From the NCBI RefSeq assembly GCF_035594765.1, contig NC_085842.1:91302782-91366781 (forward strand): DNA of 64,000 nucleotides. Reading direction: 5' to 3'. Made by a program: the position numbers and the translations under genes. Shown here piece by piece: positions 24,005-38,013 of this stretch. Under the pieces are notes generated by a model. The model saw nothing but the letters and a program-made list of their open reading frames with translations, was not told the DNA's origin and ran no database searches. This stretch comes from Anolis carolinensis (Eukaryota). The stretch's first letter is position 1. Every line of letters begins with the position of its first letter.

Positions 24005-25030
24005 TCTAAGGTTGTGGCCTTCAAGTGTTAGGAGACTGGTTTGTTTTAATGTTACCCATTCTTTTAGCCAAATTAAGTTACAGGCTTCATAGTACGATTT
24101 CATATCTGGCAGGCCTAATCCCCCTCTCTTTTTGTCGTCCGTTAATATTTTTATGTTTATTCTTGGGTTTTTTTCATATAGATTTCGGTATGTCTTTGTT
24201 CCATTTCTTAAAAAGGAAATTGTTTCTAATTATTGGTAAGGTTTGAAATTAAAATAGAAGTTTGGGTAAAACATTCATTTTTATTATTGCTATGCAACCT
24301 AATAGTGAGATATTTAGATATTTCAATTTTTCCAAATCTTTTTGTATGCCAGACCAAAGATATTCATATTTATTTTTCAATAGTTTAGCATTGCTTGTCA
24401 TTATAGTTACCTCTACATATTTGATTTTTTTAAATTCTGATCCCCAATTGTGTCTGTAAGTTTTCCTTTGTCTTATTGTCCATATTTTTTGTTAAAATCT
24501 TAGTCTTCCTTTTCTTTAATTTGAAACCTGCTAAATTGCCAAAATTTTCTATTTTTTCAATCCAGAGGTGAATTGTTTTGTGAATTTTCAATAATGCACA
24601 CCACAACATCTGCATAAACTCTGATGTTATAATATTGGTTTTTAATTATTATCCCTTCCAAATTCTTATCCTCATTAATATCTCTTACTAGGGTTTCCAT
24701 TATTAAAATAAATAGCAATAGTGAGAGCGGGCATCCTTGTTGTGTGCCTCTGTTTATTTTAATTGATTTCCCATTTTCTTGTCCATTTATTATTAACGTT
24801 GCTTCTTGTTTTGTGTATATTGCTTTTACCACATTTCTAAATTTGTAGCCAATATTAATTTCTTTTAGTAATAAAAATAGATAATCCCAGTTGATTTTAT
24901 CAAAAGCCTTTTCAGTGTCTATGAATAGTAGTGCCATCTGTTTTTCATTATGTGCCTCATAATATTCTATAGTATTTATAGTATTATCATTCTAATATTG
25001 TCCTTGATTTGTCTATTGGAAAAAAAACTG
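24005..25030 (-). mobile_element. L1/Tx1-clade LINE ORF2 reverse-transcriptase fragment, disrupted
   Basis: ORF 24557-24937 has IDTEKAFDKINW, RGTQQGCPLS and YADV (for YADD) RT motifs. Confidence 0.88.
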
Positions 25031-25211
25031 GCTGGTCAGGATTCAAAGACTTTGTCCAAAAAAATGGAAGACCTTTCCCAATAGATCTGGCCTATGCCTG
25101 AAAAATATGACTAATGAAGGAAAGCTGATAAATCTTAAAAGAGACAATAAAATGAAAAAGAAACTCTTGGAAAGAAGATGGGAGGTCACTTCACTACACT
25201 ACAGATATGCA

Positions 25212-25266
<55 letters not shown>

Positions 25267-25354
25267 TCCCTACTCTTCCTTCACCCTTTCTTCTTTCTCT
25301 AATCAGTTATACTTTCTGTTCTCACTCTTCTGCTGTATCTCTATGTAAAACCAC

Positions 25355-25401
<47 letters not shown>

Positions 25402-25412
25402 GAAGAAGAAGA
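25212..25412. repeat. Facing (TAT)n and (AAT)n(AAG)n microsatellites
   Basis: Directly visible at 25212-25265 and 25355-25412. Confidence 0.9.
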
Positions 25413-27975
25413 AGGGACAGAAACAAACAGAATTGTCAAAAAGCTATTATAAGTTTAAGTTTTAAGAAACACACAGAAACAGAACGGACCTCCAAACACA
25501 CGTCTTTATGTCTTTCCTTCAAACATCACAAAGACACAGCTCCAAAACAACAAATGCAAAAATTTCAGAGGCTTCTATTTTTATTTTTAATGCTTCAGAG
25601 CCCTTTTCCAATTAGTAATTTGGTGATTCATATTTATGAATCATACAAATCTCCGAATTACACGAAGAAACTCCAAAGCTTTGCACACCCCTATTTCAGA
25701 GGTTCTCTTGCATGCAAAATGGAGAACAGAGTAGAGATTTTCCAATGGCTGCTACACCTAGGCTCTAGGACAAGAGTGGACAAATTCTGAGGCTTATGCA
25801 AACAGTACTGAAAGAAAATCAAAACAGGACCTCCACTTCTGGTTTTGTTTGGGGAATGGGAAAATAGGGGGTATTGAAAGCTAACAGCTTTTTTGCCATA
25901 TGTATTTTTAGCAAGTGGCCTTTGTGGGCCTGAGGGCCTCAAGGCAACTCCCATGGGGCCCAGTGTAGTCCATGGCCTGCCTGCTGCTCGTTTCTGCTCT
26001 AGAATTCCCTTCAAGGGACTTACATCTTGCCACTTCATGAATAATTTCCACTAGATATCTAAACTGTTTTAATTAGAAGCAGTTTCAATCTTTATCCAAA
26101 AAAGTTTTTTAAAAAATTGCAATGAGTTTTATCTTACATTTCTGTACTGAGCTGGCATTTTAACTTTCTTTTTTAAAAAGCTTGGCTGCGTTTAGTAAAG
26201 TCTGGTCAAAAACCAGTTGTTAGCCCCAAGTAGAGTAGACCCATTGAACCTACCAAATTTTAGTTAGTCAGCACTTATCCATTGATATAGTAGCGGGACT
26301 AACAATTGGATCTAGACCTATAAACACAAAGCTTTAACCCTCTAATGGGAAGGCTGGCCTGATTTATTTTTAACATGCTTTGTGATCTGCCTTATGGAAA
26401 AGGTATGCTTTGAATGGATGATGGATGGATATATGTATTGTGATCCTCACAATATTGCAGTCTCTTTAGGACTGGACTGTTAAAATAATTAATGCTCCTT
26501 ACTTGGAGGTAAGTTCCACCATTTCCATTTAAAGTTCATATTCCAATTTGGACATTTTTGGCTGCATGGTTCATGCTTGATTATGTTTTTCTTTGTAATT
26601 TTAATGTACTACTCTCTCACATGACATCATCCTGCCTCCCCCCTCCCCCCCCCCCCACCACTAAGCCTTCCCTTTTAAAATATGAGCATTCTCATTTGAA
26701 TTGCCATGACTAAATATATGGAAAGCCATTTAAAGTTCTAAGTGCATTAAACTGGGTAACATGCAATGCCTTGTTCCTGTGTTCCTATTGCCAAGATGCA
26801 TAGTTTAAAAACATTTATATGATTAAACCCATTTAATGTATGAAACAGGCAGTCAGCAAGACTGAGCACACAGGAGTCAGTTTTTCCAGTGTAACACTTA
26901 CTGGGTAGATTGTATTGTCCAGAGTGAGGGAAATGTATTTGCCAGAAAAACTGTAATAACCAATGCACATGCATACAAAAAAATGTTCTGGCCTTAAACA
27001 CATTACCTCATACAATGAAATATCTGAGAGGGCAACAGCAGACATGAGAGTCCAAGTATCAATGGTGATTTTTATTGTAATAGATTAATAACATATGTGG
27101 CTACAGTGTGGGAATAGGAATAATAAAAAGAACAATGAATTTGTTGGTGGGTGTTCAAAGCGGATTGTCCACAGAAGGATGATTAGGAACTGCCTTCTGC
27201 TTCTTCTAGACATCACCAGACACAATCAACTAGCATTTCTATTTTGACTTGATACTTCCTAATTAAAAATGGTGTGTGTGTGTGTGCATGGGTGTGTGTG
27301 TGAGAGAGAGTGAACGCATGGGTGCAGCTTAGAAGTTGTTGTCATTGTTAAGTTTTATGAAAGAAGAGTGAGGATCCAATCACTGGTTTAATCTGATAGC
27401 CAACAGTTTCTGCTAAAGCACGGGAGGCAGAAGGTGATTCTCCACATATTTCAGACTTAACCTTGATTAAATTTGGTAATGACAAATGAGATCTATCATA
27501 TCTGAAGATCCACCTTCTACTCCTCCATGTTATTATATGGAGTTCCTTTGCCTGGCAGACAGAACGAGTCATTATTGAAAGTGCCAAGATGTGGAAGAAA
27601 AAATAGTAATTGTGGAGCTGGCATATCTCTGAGGCGGACTGAGTTGCTCAGGTGGCAGGGGACCAGAATCAGTAAATCAGTACCACCAATGATGCCTTAT
27701 CCCCTGTAGTTCCCTTCTTCTTCACCGTGTCTTCTCTTGCCTCTTCTCTCATTGCCACTCTTCCTCCCTCTTTTGAACTTTGAGCATTGCTGCTATTGAT
27801 CTCACCTTTTCAGCTCCTTTACTCACCTCATCAATCTGAGATCTACTTCAGATCTGTAAATAAATTCTGACTGAACAAATCAGCTGGTGTTGCTTTAATA
27901 AGAGGGCAGATAGATAGACTGACTGGCAGGAAAGAAGAAGTGACACTACCACCACCACCACAAAGCAAGGGCTCT

Positions 27976-28843
27976 CATAGAATCATAGAATAGTAGAGTT
28001 GGAAGAGACCACATGGGCCATCTAGTCCAACCCCCTGCTAAGAAGCAGGAAATCGCATTCAAAGCACCCCCGACAGATGGCCATCCAGCCTCTGCTTAAA
28101 AGCCTCCAAGGAAGGAGCCTCCACCACAGCCCCGGGGAGAGAGTTCCACTGTCGAACAGCTCTCACAGTGAGGAAGTTCTTCCTGATGTTCAGGTGGAAT
28201 CTCCTTTCCTGTAGTTTGAAGCCATTGTTCCGTGTCCTAGTCTGCAGGGCAGCAGAAAACAAGCTTGCTCCCTCTTCCCTATGACTTCCCTTCACATATT
28301 TGTACATGGCTATCATGTCTCCTCTCAGCCTTCTCTTCTGCAGGCTAAACATGCCCAGCTCTTTAAGCCGCTCCTCATAGGGCTTGTTCTCCAGACCCTT
28401 AATCATTTTAGTCGCCCTCCTCTGGACGCTTTCCAGCTTGTCAACATCTCCCTTCAACTGTGGTGCCCAAAATTGGACACAGTATTCCAGGTGTGGTCTG
28501 ACCAAGGCAGAATAGAGGGGGAGCATAACTTCCCTGGATCTAGACGCTATTCCCCTATTGATGCAGGCCAGAATCCCATTGGCTTTTTTAGCAGCCGCAT
28601 CACATTGTTGGCTCATGTTTAACTTGTTGTCCACGAGGACTCCAAGGTCTTTTTCGCACACACTGCTGTCAAGCCAGGCGTCCCCCATTCTGTATCTTTG
28701 ATTTCCATTTTTTCTGCCGAAGTGAAGTATCTTGCATTTGTCCCTGTTGAACTTCATTTTGTTAGTTTTGGCCCATCTCTCTAGTCTGTCAAGATCGTTT
28801 TGAATTCTGCTCCTGTCTTCTGGAGTGTTAGCTATCCCTCCCA
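27976..28843 (-). mobile_element. CR1 LINE, young 5'-truncated copy (ORF2 C-terminus)
   Basis: Open frame IQNDLDRLERW..KFNRDKCKILH..EKDLGVLVD..LYSALVRPHLEYCVQFW..EAFKQRLDGHL; ATTCTATG octamer tail. Confidence 0.95.
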
Positions 28844-29949
28844 GCATGACACAACTTGGACTCTTCTTGCCATAGCATCCCCAGATCCATGGCAAGGTTT
28901 CAAGTATAACGGCTTCATTTTTATCAGCAAGCTGTTTTTAAAAAGAAAGTTAACATGGAAATATTGACTTGGGGAACCTGAAGTAAGGCTTCTATTGGAA
29001 AAGTTATCAATTGTTTCTTCTGCTGTCATTATTTTTTTTGCAAAATGGTGTACTGCTACCTAATATTTTGAATTTCACAGTAGTTTCCTATGCACAGCAA
29101 TCTCATCTTCACTAGATAAAATTTTAAAGTCTCACTGTGAACTAGAACAAGTGGCTGTGTTATTCTGTTTCTTTTTATAGCAATAATACAATGCTATCCA
29201 CAGCTGCAGTCGTTGGCTAACTGAAAGACAGGAGCATGCTGATTTCATACAAAATTATCTGGGGAACCAATTCTTTAGTTTTCCCCTCATATCTCATTTT
29301 TTTAAATGCATAGATACATGTTTTTAAAAGAAAAGAAAGAAGAAAAAATTTGAGAACTTTGACCAGCTAATGGTGGAACAGCTAAAATACAGGCAAAACA
29401 TGACTAGCCAGGTAATCTGGCAATCCCAATGAAACTCAAGCAGTGTATGCTAGGAGACAGAAGCTGCAGATTCCAACTTTTGTTCCTGGACTGCACTTAT
29501 GGGAGGACAAAACTCCACAGGCCAACACTACATCTTTTGCATCCTATCTGTTGTCCCGTAAGATTTGGGTCAATTATAAACCAAGGCAGGAAGCACTACT
29601 AACAGTGAATTTCTTGTCTTCTATACATCACAAATGAGCAATCCTCATAAACTGGAAGGAGAGATCCTCATAACCTCATGCAATAAAATAGTCAAATGTT
29701 ACCATTATTGTGTTCCTTTCCTGATAGATGGAATAATTAAGGAAGACTTCCTTATTCAATTCATATCAGATTTTTCTTGCTTGAAGATTAACTATATGTG
29801 TGGAATTAGAAGCTAGGCCTCTAAGAGGGAAAATTCCTTTTAAATTTCATTTGAGCTAACAACTTCTGTTTAGATTTGGAGCCCATATTGATTCCACTCA
29901 AAAAGTGATGGGGAAATTGCTGTCCACAGACATGCAAACCACTATCTCA

Positions 29950-31322
29950 TAGGGGAGTGTAGAACTGCATTTGGCAATTTGGGATTTGGGAAAATTTGGT
30001 AATCTGGCAGCCAGATCACCGAAAACTAACCGGGCAGGACCCAGCTGAAATCTTAACTGAAACATATCATGAGCAGCTGGATTTCAGCTAATGGTGGAGG
30101 TTGTGGCGTGTGGGCAGCCTCCCAAATCAGGCAAGAGCGGGCACCTGGCAGAGGCGGCTCCTTTGTTTCTCTCTTCCCCAGCAGCCTCCTCCATCCCTTC
30201 CCAAAGGCCCCCCTCCCAGCGGAACACTTGCTTGAGGCAAATAAAGCTAGAAAGAGAGAGAGAAAAGAAAGAGAGGAAAAGGTGGGGAAAGCTTCTCTAT
30301 GCCTTTCCTCCAGAAAAGCCCCCCCCCCCCCCGGAAGTCGCTCTCCAAGCAGCATTTTTCATGGCACAAGCACTGAATGAGCCTCTGCGCTCCCTCCCAG
30401 AGCATAATGGGAGTTGAGATTTCTCTCTCTCTGTTTCTCGCATTTCTTTCTCAGAAGCCTGGTTGACTGTGTCCATTGCCCTCCTCTTGTGGCATGTGCT
30501 GGTTGGGACTTCAACTCCCAGAACCCCCTCTTGTGGTTTTTTTAAAAAAATGTTATCGTAAAAACTTCTCAAAAATCAGTGGATTGGTGAAATGTTCTGT
30601 AACCTGGCAGGCTTGCAGTCATAAATGTGGCTTACAAGTGAGTCAATTTTCATTCCGATAAAAATCTTAAAAGTAAAACTGCCACTACTACCTGAATACT
30701 TCCTATTGTGAATGACCAATAATCACTGGAGCAAAAACGAAGATAAAATATTCACCTATTTATCAAGCGCTGCAAGAATAGTGTATGTGAGAATGTGGAA
30801 ACAAAAATTAACACCAATGAGAGAGGATAAAGAAAATAATTGACCTTATGAATGTGGACCAATTGACCTTCCTAATATCAAAGACAAAAAATAAACCAAT
30901 GAAGACGACACACTGGATGACGGTAAAAGATTGGATGAAAAAAAGAAAAAAATCAGAATATTAATATGTAAATGAACAAATAGAAGATAACAAGTACCAT
31001 TGTAGAAAAGAGAAGAAAAATAAGGAAACTGAATGGACATTAACAATAATAGCAAAGCAACATTATAAAGAAGAATGGAAGTCAAAAATATCCCCTCCCC
31101 CCCCCCTTTGTCCACCCAGAGTGAGGCATTTTACATAATCAATATAAAAAATCCTCAATAAAAATTATATTTTAAAAGTTTCATCCTGATAACTGAATAT
31201 TACCAGAATGAAAATGGCACACCCCTCCTGGTTTTGGGAATTTCACAGAAAACAAATGGTGGGAGGAGCAGCCGAAAACAGAACCAAAAATGGTACCGTT
31301 TTGGCTCTTACACATACTCCTA
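29950..31322. mobile_element. Old non-autonomous hAT element containing an L1 3' insertion
   Basis: TAGGGGAGTGT / CACATACTCCTA ends; TSD CTATCTCA / CTATTTCA; blocks similar to 3939-5074 (AAAAATCAGTGGAT). Confidence 0.6.
30845..31180 (+). mobile_element. L1-like 3' end
   Basis: A-rich ORF2 end, C-rich 3' UTR tract, AATAAA at ~31157 and A-rich tail. Confidence 0.5.
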
Positions 31323-32313
31323 CTATTTCATGGCATTCCAATGGGATAGTGACTACTTGTTATCATTGTCAATAGATGACATTACATAACTGCTGGCATC
31401 TTGCAATTGGCAGAGCAAAGCCACACTTCTGGGAGAATGGTACAACTCTGCCCTCCCACTGTGTTGCTTCCCCCCTTTGTTTCTTTTCTTTTGCTGTGGA
31501 AAAAAATGAATATTTTTAGAAGAGTGGATATTGTCAAAGAAACTAGGGGACTTCATCATGTGAGGCAAGTCCCAGGACAATGGTGCTTCATCACAAGAGA
31601 GTGGCAACAAGCAACAAGTATTGCATGACTTCATGTGATAGGGACCATCAACAAGGTGACAGTCTTGCTACAGTTTGATAACGTTCTTAGGAGTCTATGA
31701 TGCTGACAATGGCTTTATGACCAGTTTTTATGGCCATGGATATAGAGAGAGCTTTATAAACTCTGCATGCAAATGATAGACAATTTGTACAAATACAGAA
31801 TATCAGAAAAGAGCACACAAACTTCTAAAATTGAAGGTTTTTTTTTCCCCTGAAGGCATTCATTATTTCACCCTGCTGGGAAATGTTAGATGAGACAGAG
31901 CACTGGGCAGATCTGCCCTGAGATGGTAAGTGTCTAATGCTTCATTCAACTCTAGCCAGCACATTTGTATAGATCATTACTGTTTAAACAAAATAATAAT
32001 ATAAGGGAGCAGGGATCCATCAAAATGGTTTCACACCCAGCTCATTTTCTAAAAAGATATAAACAAGTACATCTCCAAAACTATTATTTTTCCAATTGCT
32101 TTTTAAAATATAAATCAATGAATGATTGTTAATACACTTTGCAGAAATCTATCATGCCCTCTATCAGATGCCTAGCTTATAAAATCTGGCTGTATTTTAA
32201 AAAAGCTATGGAGTACTGGAATTACAAATAGTCTTAAAGCTGTCTTCATGTTAGATTGGGTATTTGATTCCTGTGCACCCGGTTTATCTTTTTGGTTTTT
32301 CTTACTCAGCTAT

Positions 32314-32600
32314 AGGCTTGCTTTCTGCATCTTTAGAGACCAGGACATGGAGCCATAGATTCAAATTGCAGAAAAAGAAGGTTAGGCAGGGTATTAGGGA
32401 GATCTTCCTGATAGTAAGAGTTGTTCAACTGTGGAATACACTGCCTTATAGTGTGATGGAGTCTTCTTCTTTGAAAGTCTTTAAACAGAAGCTGGGTGGC
32501 CATCCGTCAGGAATACAGATTGTGTGTTCCTACATGACAGAATGGGGGTTGGACTGGATGGCCCTTGTGGTCTTTTCCAATTCTTCTATGATTGTATGTT
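32314..32600 (+). mobile_element. CR1 3' fragment, decayed
   Basis: Translates SASLETRTWSHRFKLQ..VRVVQLWNTLP..VFKQKLGGH; TTCTATGATT tail. Confidence 0.85.
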
Positions 32601-33089
32601 TCTATACTGAACCTTTGATTACACCCTCTATTGATGCTTACTCAGAAGCAATCCCCACCATGTTCAATGGGATTGAAATCTTAATGTTTCTTTAATACTG
32701 ACATGGGAATTATAAGGACCTCTATATGTTTTTGGATCACACTTTCTTGCCTTCCTCACAACTAGCTAAGCTGATTAGGACTGCTGGGAGGCCAACACAG
32801 TGATATTTGAGGCCAACACAGTGATATTTGAGAGTTGTTGTGGGGTGGTTTTTTTTTTAATTTTTTTTAGCTGGAAATGGAAATCTGCCCAAATTGCAAT
32901 CTGCAAATTCTTCTAGATTGTAAATAAAGCAAACAAGCTCTTTTTCCCTCCCATCCAAATGGAGGAAAATACTGTAGTGCCACTCTTAGAATGTCGTGGC
33001 AGCCAATACCTGCCTCAGGCAACAGTATGTCTATCTGTGTGAGAGATTTTACAAGCAGAAAGGGTTTTTCATACTGTACTCTGCTAGTT

Positions 33090-33117
33090 GTGGTGGTGGT
33101 GGTGGTGGTGGTGGTGG
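33090..33117. repeat. (TGG)n microsatellite
   Basis: Directly visible. Confidence 0.9.
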
Positions 33118-33415
33118 CGGGGGATCTTGAATCCAAATCAGGGCACAGCATCAGTCTGACCCCTGAACTGGGACAATCTATTAGCCAAGCTAAAAAGTCA
33201 AGTTCCGAGGCCTGACTTTTTAGTTGTGGGAAAAGCAGGGTGAATCAGACCCTGGGAAAACTGGATCCAGAATTGCTTTGTAAGCAAATGCCTGATGTGT
33301 TAAGATAAAGATGGGAATTCTGTGGGCTTCCAGGTGCTTTTTGACTGAAGCTCCCAGCATTCTTTATTACTAGTCATGTGTTAGTCTCATGTAGACCTAC
33401 TTGAACAAGTTACAC

Positions 33416-34732
33416 CAGGGGTCCTCAAACTTTTTAAATGGAGGGCCGGTTCATGGCCCCTCAGATTGTTGAGGGGCCAAATTATCATTTTAAAAAATAC
33501 AAACAAATTCCTATGCACACTATGTCTTATTTGTAGTGCAAAAAACAAAAACAAAAAACAAAAACCAACAACAATTATTTATTTATTTGTTTGTTTATTT
33601 GTTTACTACATTTATACCCCACCCTCTCTCAGCCCAAAGGGGACTCAGAGCGGCTTACAAGTTATATGTACATCTATATATATAAAAGAGTGATGGAATC
33701 CTGGCGACCGCCAAAACAACAAAACTAAACACCCCACAACCTCGAAAATTGACAACACAACCCATCATCCACGCCTCTAGGTTGATACAACAAAAAGAAA
33801 AGAAAAATAAACTCTTAATTAGAGGGAGAGGAATAATTGCTTTTATCCAATTGCTGCCAGTTAGAAGGCTAAGCTCCACCCACTTGGTCTCCTAGCAACC
33901 CACTCACCCAGGGGACAGGCAGAGTTAGGCCTCACTTAGGCCTCTTCCACACTGCCTATAAAATACAGATTATCAGATTTTAACTGGATTAGATGGCAGT
34001 GTAGACTCAAGGCCCTTCCACACAGCTATATAACCCATATAATCTTACATTATCTGCTTTAACTGGATTATCTGGACTCCACACCTTTACTCTTTACCTT
34101 AACTACCACCAATTCCTCAATACTTTATACATACCACCATACTTTGCCACAGCAATGCGTGGCTGGGCACAGCTAGTACAATATATTATATTATTAGCAT
34201 ATCACAATATTAGCATTATATATTACTATATTGTACTATACCACTATACCGTAATATTATTAGTAATACGACATTTGATATATAATATATAATTCATATT
34301 ATATTATACAATATTATTATATTGTATTATTATTATTATTAGCCGCCCTGAGTCCCCTATTGGGTGAGAAGGACAGGGTAGAAATACTGTAATAAATAAA
34401 TAAATATCATATTGTATTACATTATAATATTATTATCAGTATTCTATGTATACACAATATATATTATCAGGATTGCACAGTAACAATACAATATTTAAAA
34501 ATAAAAACAATTTTAACCAATATACTGTGTAAACCTATCAGGATTTCAATGGGAAGTGTGGGCCTGCTTCTGGCCAATGAGATAGTCAAGTTAAGTAGGA
34601 TTGTTGTTGTTGTGTGACTTCAAGTCATTTCGGACTTTGGGCCAAGCCTAAGTCTAAAACTGAGGGCGGGGGCCAGGTCAATGACCTTGGAGGGCCGCAT
34701 CCGGCCCCCGGGCCTTAGTTTGAGGACCCCTG
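33416..34732. mobile_element. Composite non-autonomous hAT transposon
   Basis: Perfect TIRs CAGGGGTCCTCAAACT / AGTTTGAGGACCCCTG; perfect TSD AGTTACAC (33408-33415, 33733-equivalent right copy at 34733-34740). Confidence 0.92.
33673..34176 (+). mobile_element. Non-autonomous Helitron nested in the hAT
   Basis: A|TCTATATATATAAAA 5' end; subterminal hairpin GCCAC-AGCAATGC-GTGGC; CTAG|T 3' end; no TSD. Confidence 0.85.
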
Positions 34733-35399
34733 AGTTACACTGTCACAGGTTCATGGTAGATCTTCTACAGACATGCATTTTGGTAAGGTTATAGTCATTT
34801 CCATGGCCTCAAAACAGGGAAAAAAGTTTAGAAACACACATGAAGAACTGTTACAGACATATGGATAAATCTGCAGATTATACAAAAAGCACATGTGAAA
34901 ACCTATGAGTATAACAAATAGTGTCAGATGCTTAGAGATTAATCAGCCAAACTAAAATTGCTGAGGTTTGCACAACTAGCTACTGCAATAGGGCTCTTCC
35001 TTTCTCACCAAGGGCATTTTTGCTGGCAGCACTGGAAATTGCATTTTTCTTACAAAATGCAAAACACAACTAAAACAATGAAGTCCAAAGGGCATATGGA
35101 AATATTTTTTAAAAATCAACAGGAGACATATCTGAAATATAACAACTGTTGTCAGTCTGAGAAACATCACGCTACCATTTCTCTGAGTTGGTCTACATGG
35201 GCTAAAAATGTAATCACCACAAATGAACCACTTGCAAGTCTTCACAATGCAGAGCAGCTTCCAGTGAATATCCCAGGAATGTTGGCTATACTGCAACTTT
35301 GCCCCACTTTTGGCTTCTGGGCAAATCATTGGGTAGAATATCATGGCTATGCCCCCACTGCTCCTAGCCAGCCACGGAGCTCCTGTGTGTTTAAAGAAT

Positions 35400-36400
35400 C
35401 AACATGGGACCAAATAATAAAAGTTGAAAAAAATGAGATTACGAAAATATATAAACTCTTGCTACAATGGTCAATGGAAACTGAGACAGTGAAGGACTGT
35501 ATGATAAAGTGGGCTTGTAACATTGGCCATTCAATTCAATTCAAGAATTGGGAGAAATGTTGGAATCAAAAAGTAAAATACACATATTGTTTAGACTTAA
35601 AAGAAAATTGGTACAAGATGATGTACCAATGGTACATCATATCTCAGAAACTGGCCAAATACTGCGAAAAAGAGCAAGGAAAATGTTGGAAATGTGGCAC
35701 CCATGTCGGAACCTTTTTCCACATGTGGTGGACCTGTAAGGTTGCTAAGAATTATTGGAAAATTATACATCAGAAAATAGAAAAAAAATTATTAGAGAAA
35801 ATAGAAATGAAACCAGAAGTTTTCCTACTGGGGATGCTGGACTTTGAAAGGGACAAAAACAAATATATATTATTCAATTATTTGGTGACAGCGGCCAGAA
35901 TAGTTTATGCAAGGAATTGGAAGATCAAAGAACCTCCTACGTCAGACGACTGGATCATGAAAATCTTAGACATAATGAAAATGGACATTCTAACCTATCA
36001 ATTGAAATATACACAGGCAATCCCAAAACAAACAAACAAACAGACTGGACCCCTATAAAAGAATATCTTAAAGCAAACAAGGAAAAATGAATTCTCAGAT
36101 TTAACTATGGAAACGCACCGAGAGAAGAACCAAATGTGGAAACACCAAAAGGGAAACGGGAAGAACTAAATGAAACTTCTATTTTTCAAATCAAAGTTAT
36201 ATAACTTGAAGACAGAGGAAGGAAGTCAACAGATATTCCCCCTCCCCTTGACCTTTCCTCATACCCTCTTTCCTTGGTTTCCCTTCTCTAATCCCCTACC
36301 CTACCTTCCTGTTTCCCACACAAGCCCATACCCAACCCTCCTACATGTTTTTCCCCTCACTTTTTCCCTTTCAATACAATAAAGATTTTTTTTTTTAAAG
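35400..36400 (+). mobile_element. L1/Tx1 LINE 3' end (ORF2 C-terminal zinc-binding region + 3' UTR)
   Basis: CWKCGTHVGTFFHMWWTC (CCHC) in ORF 34958-36058; pyrimidine-rich UTR; AATAAA at ~36379. Confidence 0.88.
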
Positions 36401-38013
36401 AACGGGGCACTTGTGCAATCAGAAAGAAGGAAGGGAGATAAACCCCTCCTTCTTGCTGGTTGCACAGGCACCCTGTTGTGACATTAGCAGAGGTGACCAT
36501 GACAACCAGGTGCTTGGACGGAGCTCCATGATTGGGTACAAGAGATGGCAGTGTCAACACAGTGGAGGTAAAAGCCCAATGGTGCTGATGCTATCCTTGA
36601 CTGTTTGGGATTCAGCACATACCTACTGGAAATGGGGCCATTCCTAGCCAAATTTATACTGGACTAACCTGCTCTGTGTAGATGAGCTCATAGACAGCTT
36701 GATAAAATTATAATTAACAAATGTTCATCCCAACTCAGTAATAAAGCCGTAGGTTGATATCTTCTTGGCTTTCATGAAAGCAACTCTGTTGTCATGATAA
36801 AACTGCAACCTTTCTCATACTCAGCTGACTCCAAAATTTCACAGATAAAGCAAAGTCCAATGTTTTATTCTTCTGGTATTAATGAGGGTTTCAGCCCTAT
36901 CATGCATTCATTTAATAGAGGACAAAGTTTTTGCACTAAGATCTTCAACCTGACATTTTTTCATAGGATGTTCTACCCTAACAACCAAGGATTGCCTGTT
37001 TCTCAACCTTCTCCTTCCAGGGAATATTGGAACAATGGACAATGCTTTCATTTGGCTCCCAGAGCTTCATAGCTGAACCCAGTTTATAAATAATAGTAAA
37101 TGTCGAGTCTCATGCCCCCTTCAGAGCTATAGTATGGATATAAAAAATAAACCCTCTTAAGAATGGGAAAGAACCAAATTGTTCTGTTATTTTAAATTCA
37201 TATTTGGGAACAAAATGATAAAACGAGGCACACAGATGTCTAAACTGGCTTTAAAGCATCATTAGTGTTTCCTTTTGCTTCTCAAACTCTCTATGTCTGT
37301 GGGAAATAATCTTGTTCTAGTTAGACAACATAGCCAGTGCTGGCTTTTCTTTCCTCAGTCAGCCTGAAGAAAAATGTTTCCAGGAAAACAAAATTGGGAC
37401 TAGTCTTCCAAATAAAAAATAATGAATCTAAACTATTGTCCCTGCATATTTCCCTCTTGCTTGGTCAAATGTTCAGGGAAAAGTCATTACCCATGAGGAT
37501 CTCCATGAGTGTTCCATAGAGATGGAAATAATAATTGTCACCATTTCTTTCTGGGAAAAATAATGGATATCCTGGCACACAGGAAGAAGAATACTGAGAT
37601 CCTCTATAGTGCACAAAGCCTTTGGGGGAATTATTCTGCACAGAAATCATTCAATTTTTCTGTGCAAGCCCCCCCCCCCCCGCCTTTTAGTACAGAAAAT
37701 GTGTTTCCAGCACAGCAAGAATTATGTATTGCATAGGAAACACCATATTGTTCCTGTGCAGGAAAAACATTTTCTGCACACAAAAAACAGGTTTCTTTGT
37801 GCAGAAAGAACATAATTCTCTGAAGACTCACCTAGAAGGAGAAAAAGGAGTTTCCAGTTCTTTCTTGGTTTAATTTGTTTTAATTTTACTGAAAATCCAA
37901 GGTTTCCCTCTCTCACACACACTGTTTGTGTTCTCCCCTCACCTCACTGATCATTTGTGACTTGTAGAGTCATGCAACCTTTCAGAAAATGGTTTTCACC
38001 AATTTCCTCTTAG

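Noticed and set aside
25107-25790. 227-aa ORF with poly-Y, poly-I and poly-R
   Set aside because: Produced by (TAT)n, (AAT)n and (AAG)n microsatellites.
28059-28895. 278-aa ORF as a host gene
   Set aside because: It is the C-terminus of CR1 ORF2; the first ~17 residues come from flanking DNA.
32788-32832. 21-bp tandem duplication GAGGCCAACACAGTGATATTT
   Set aside because: Ordinary slippage duplication inside a decayed MITE.
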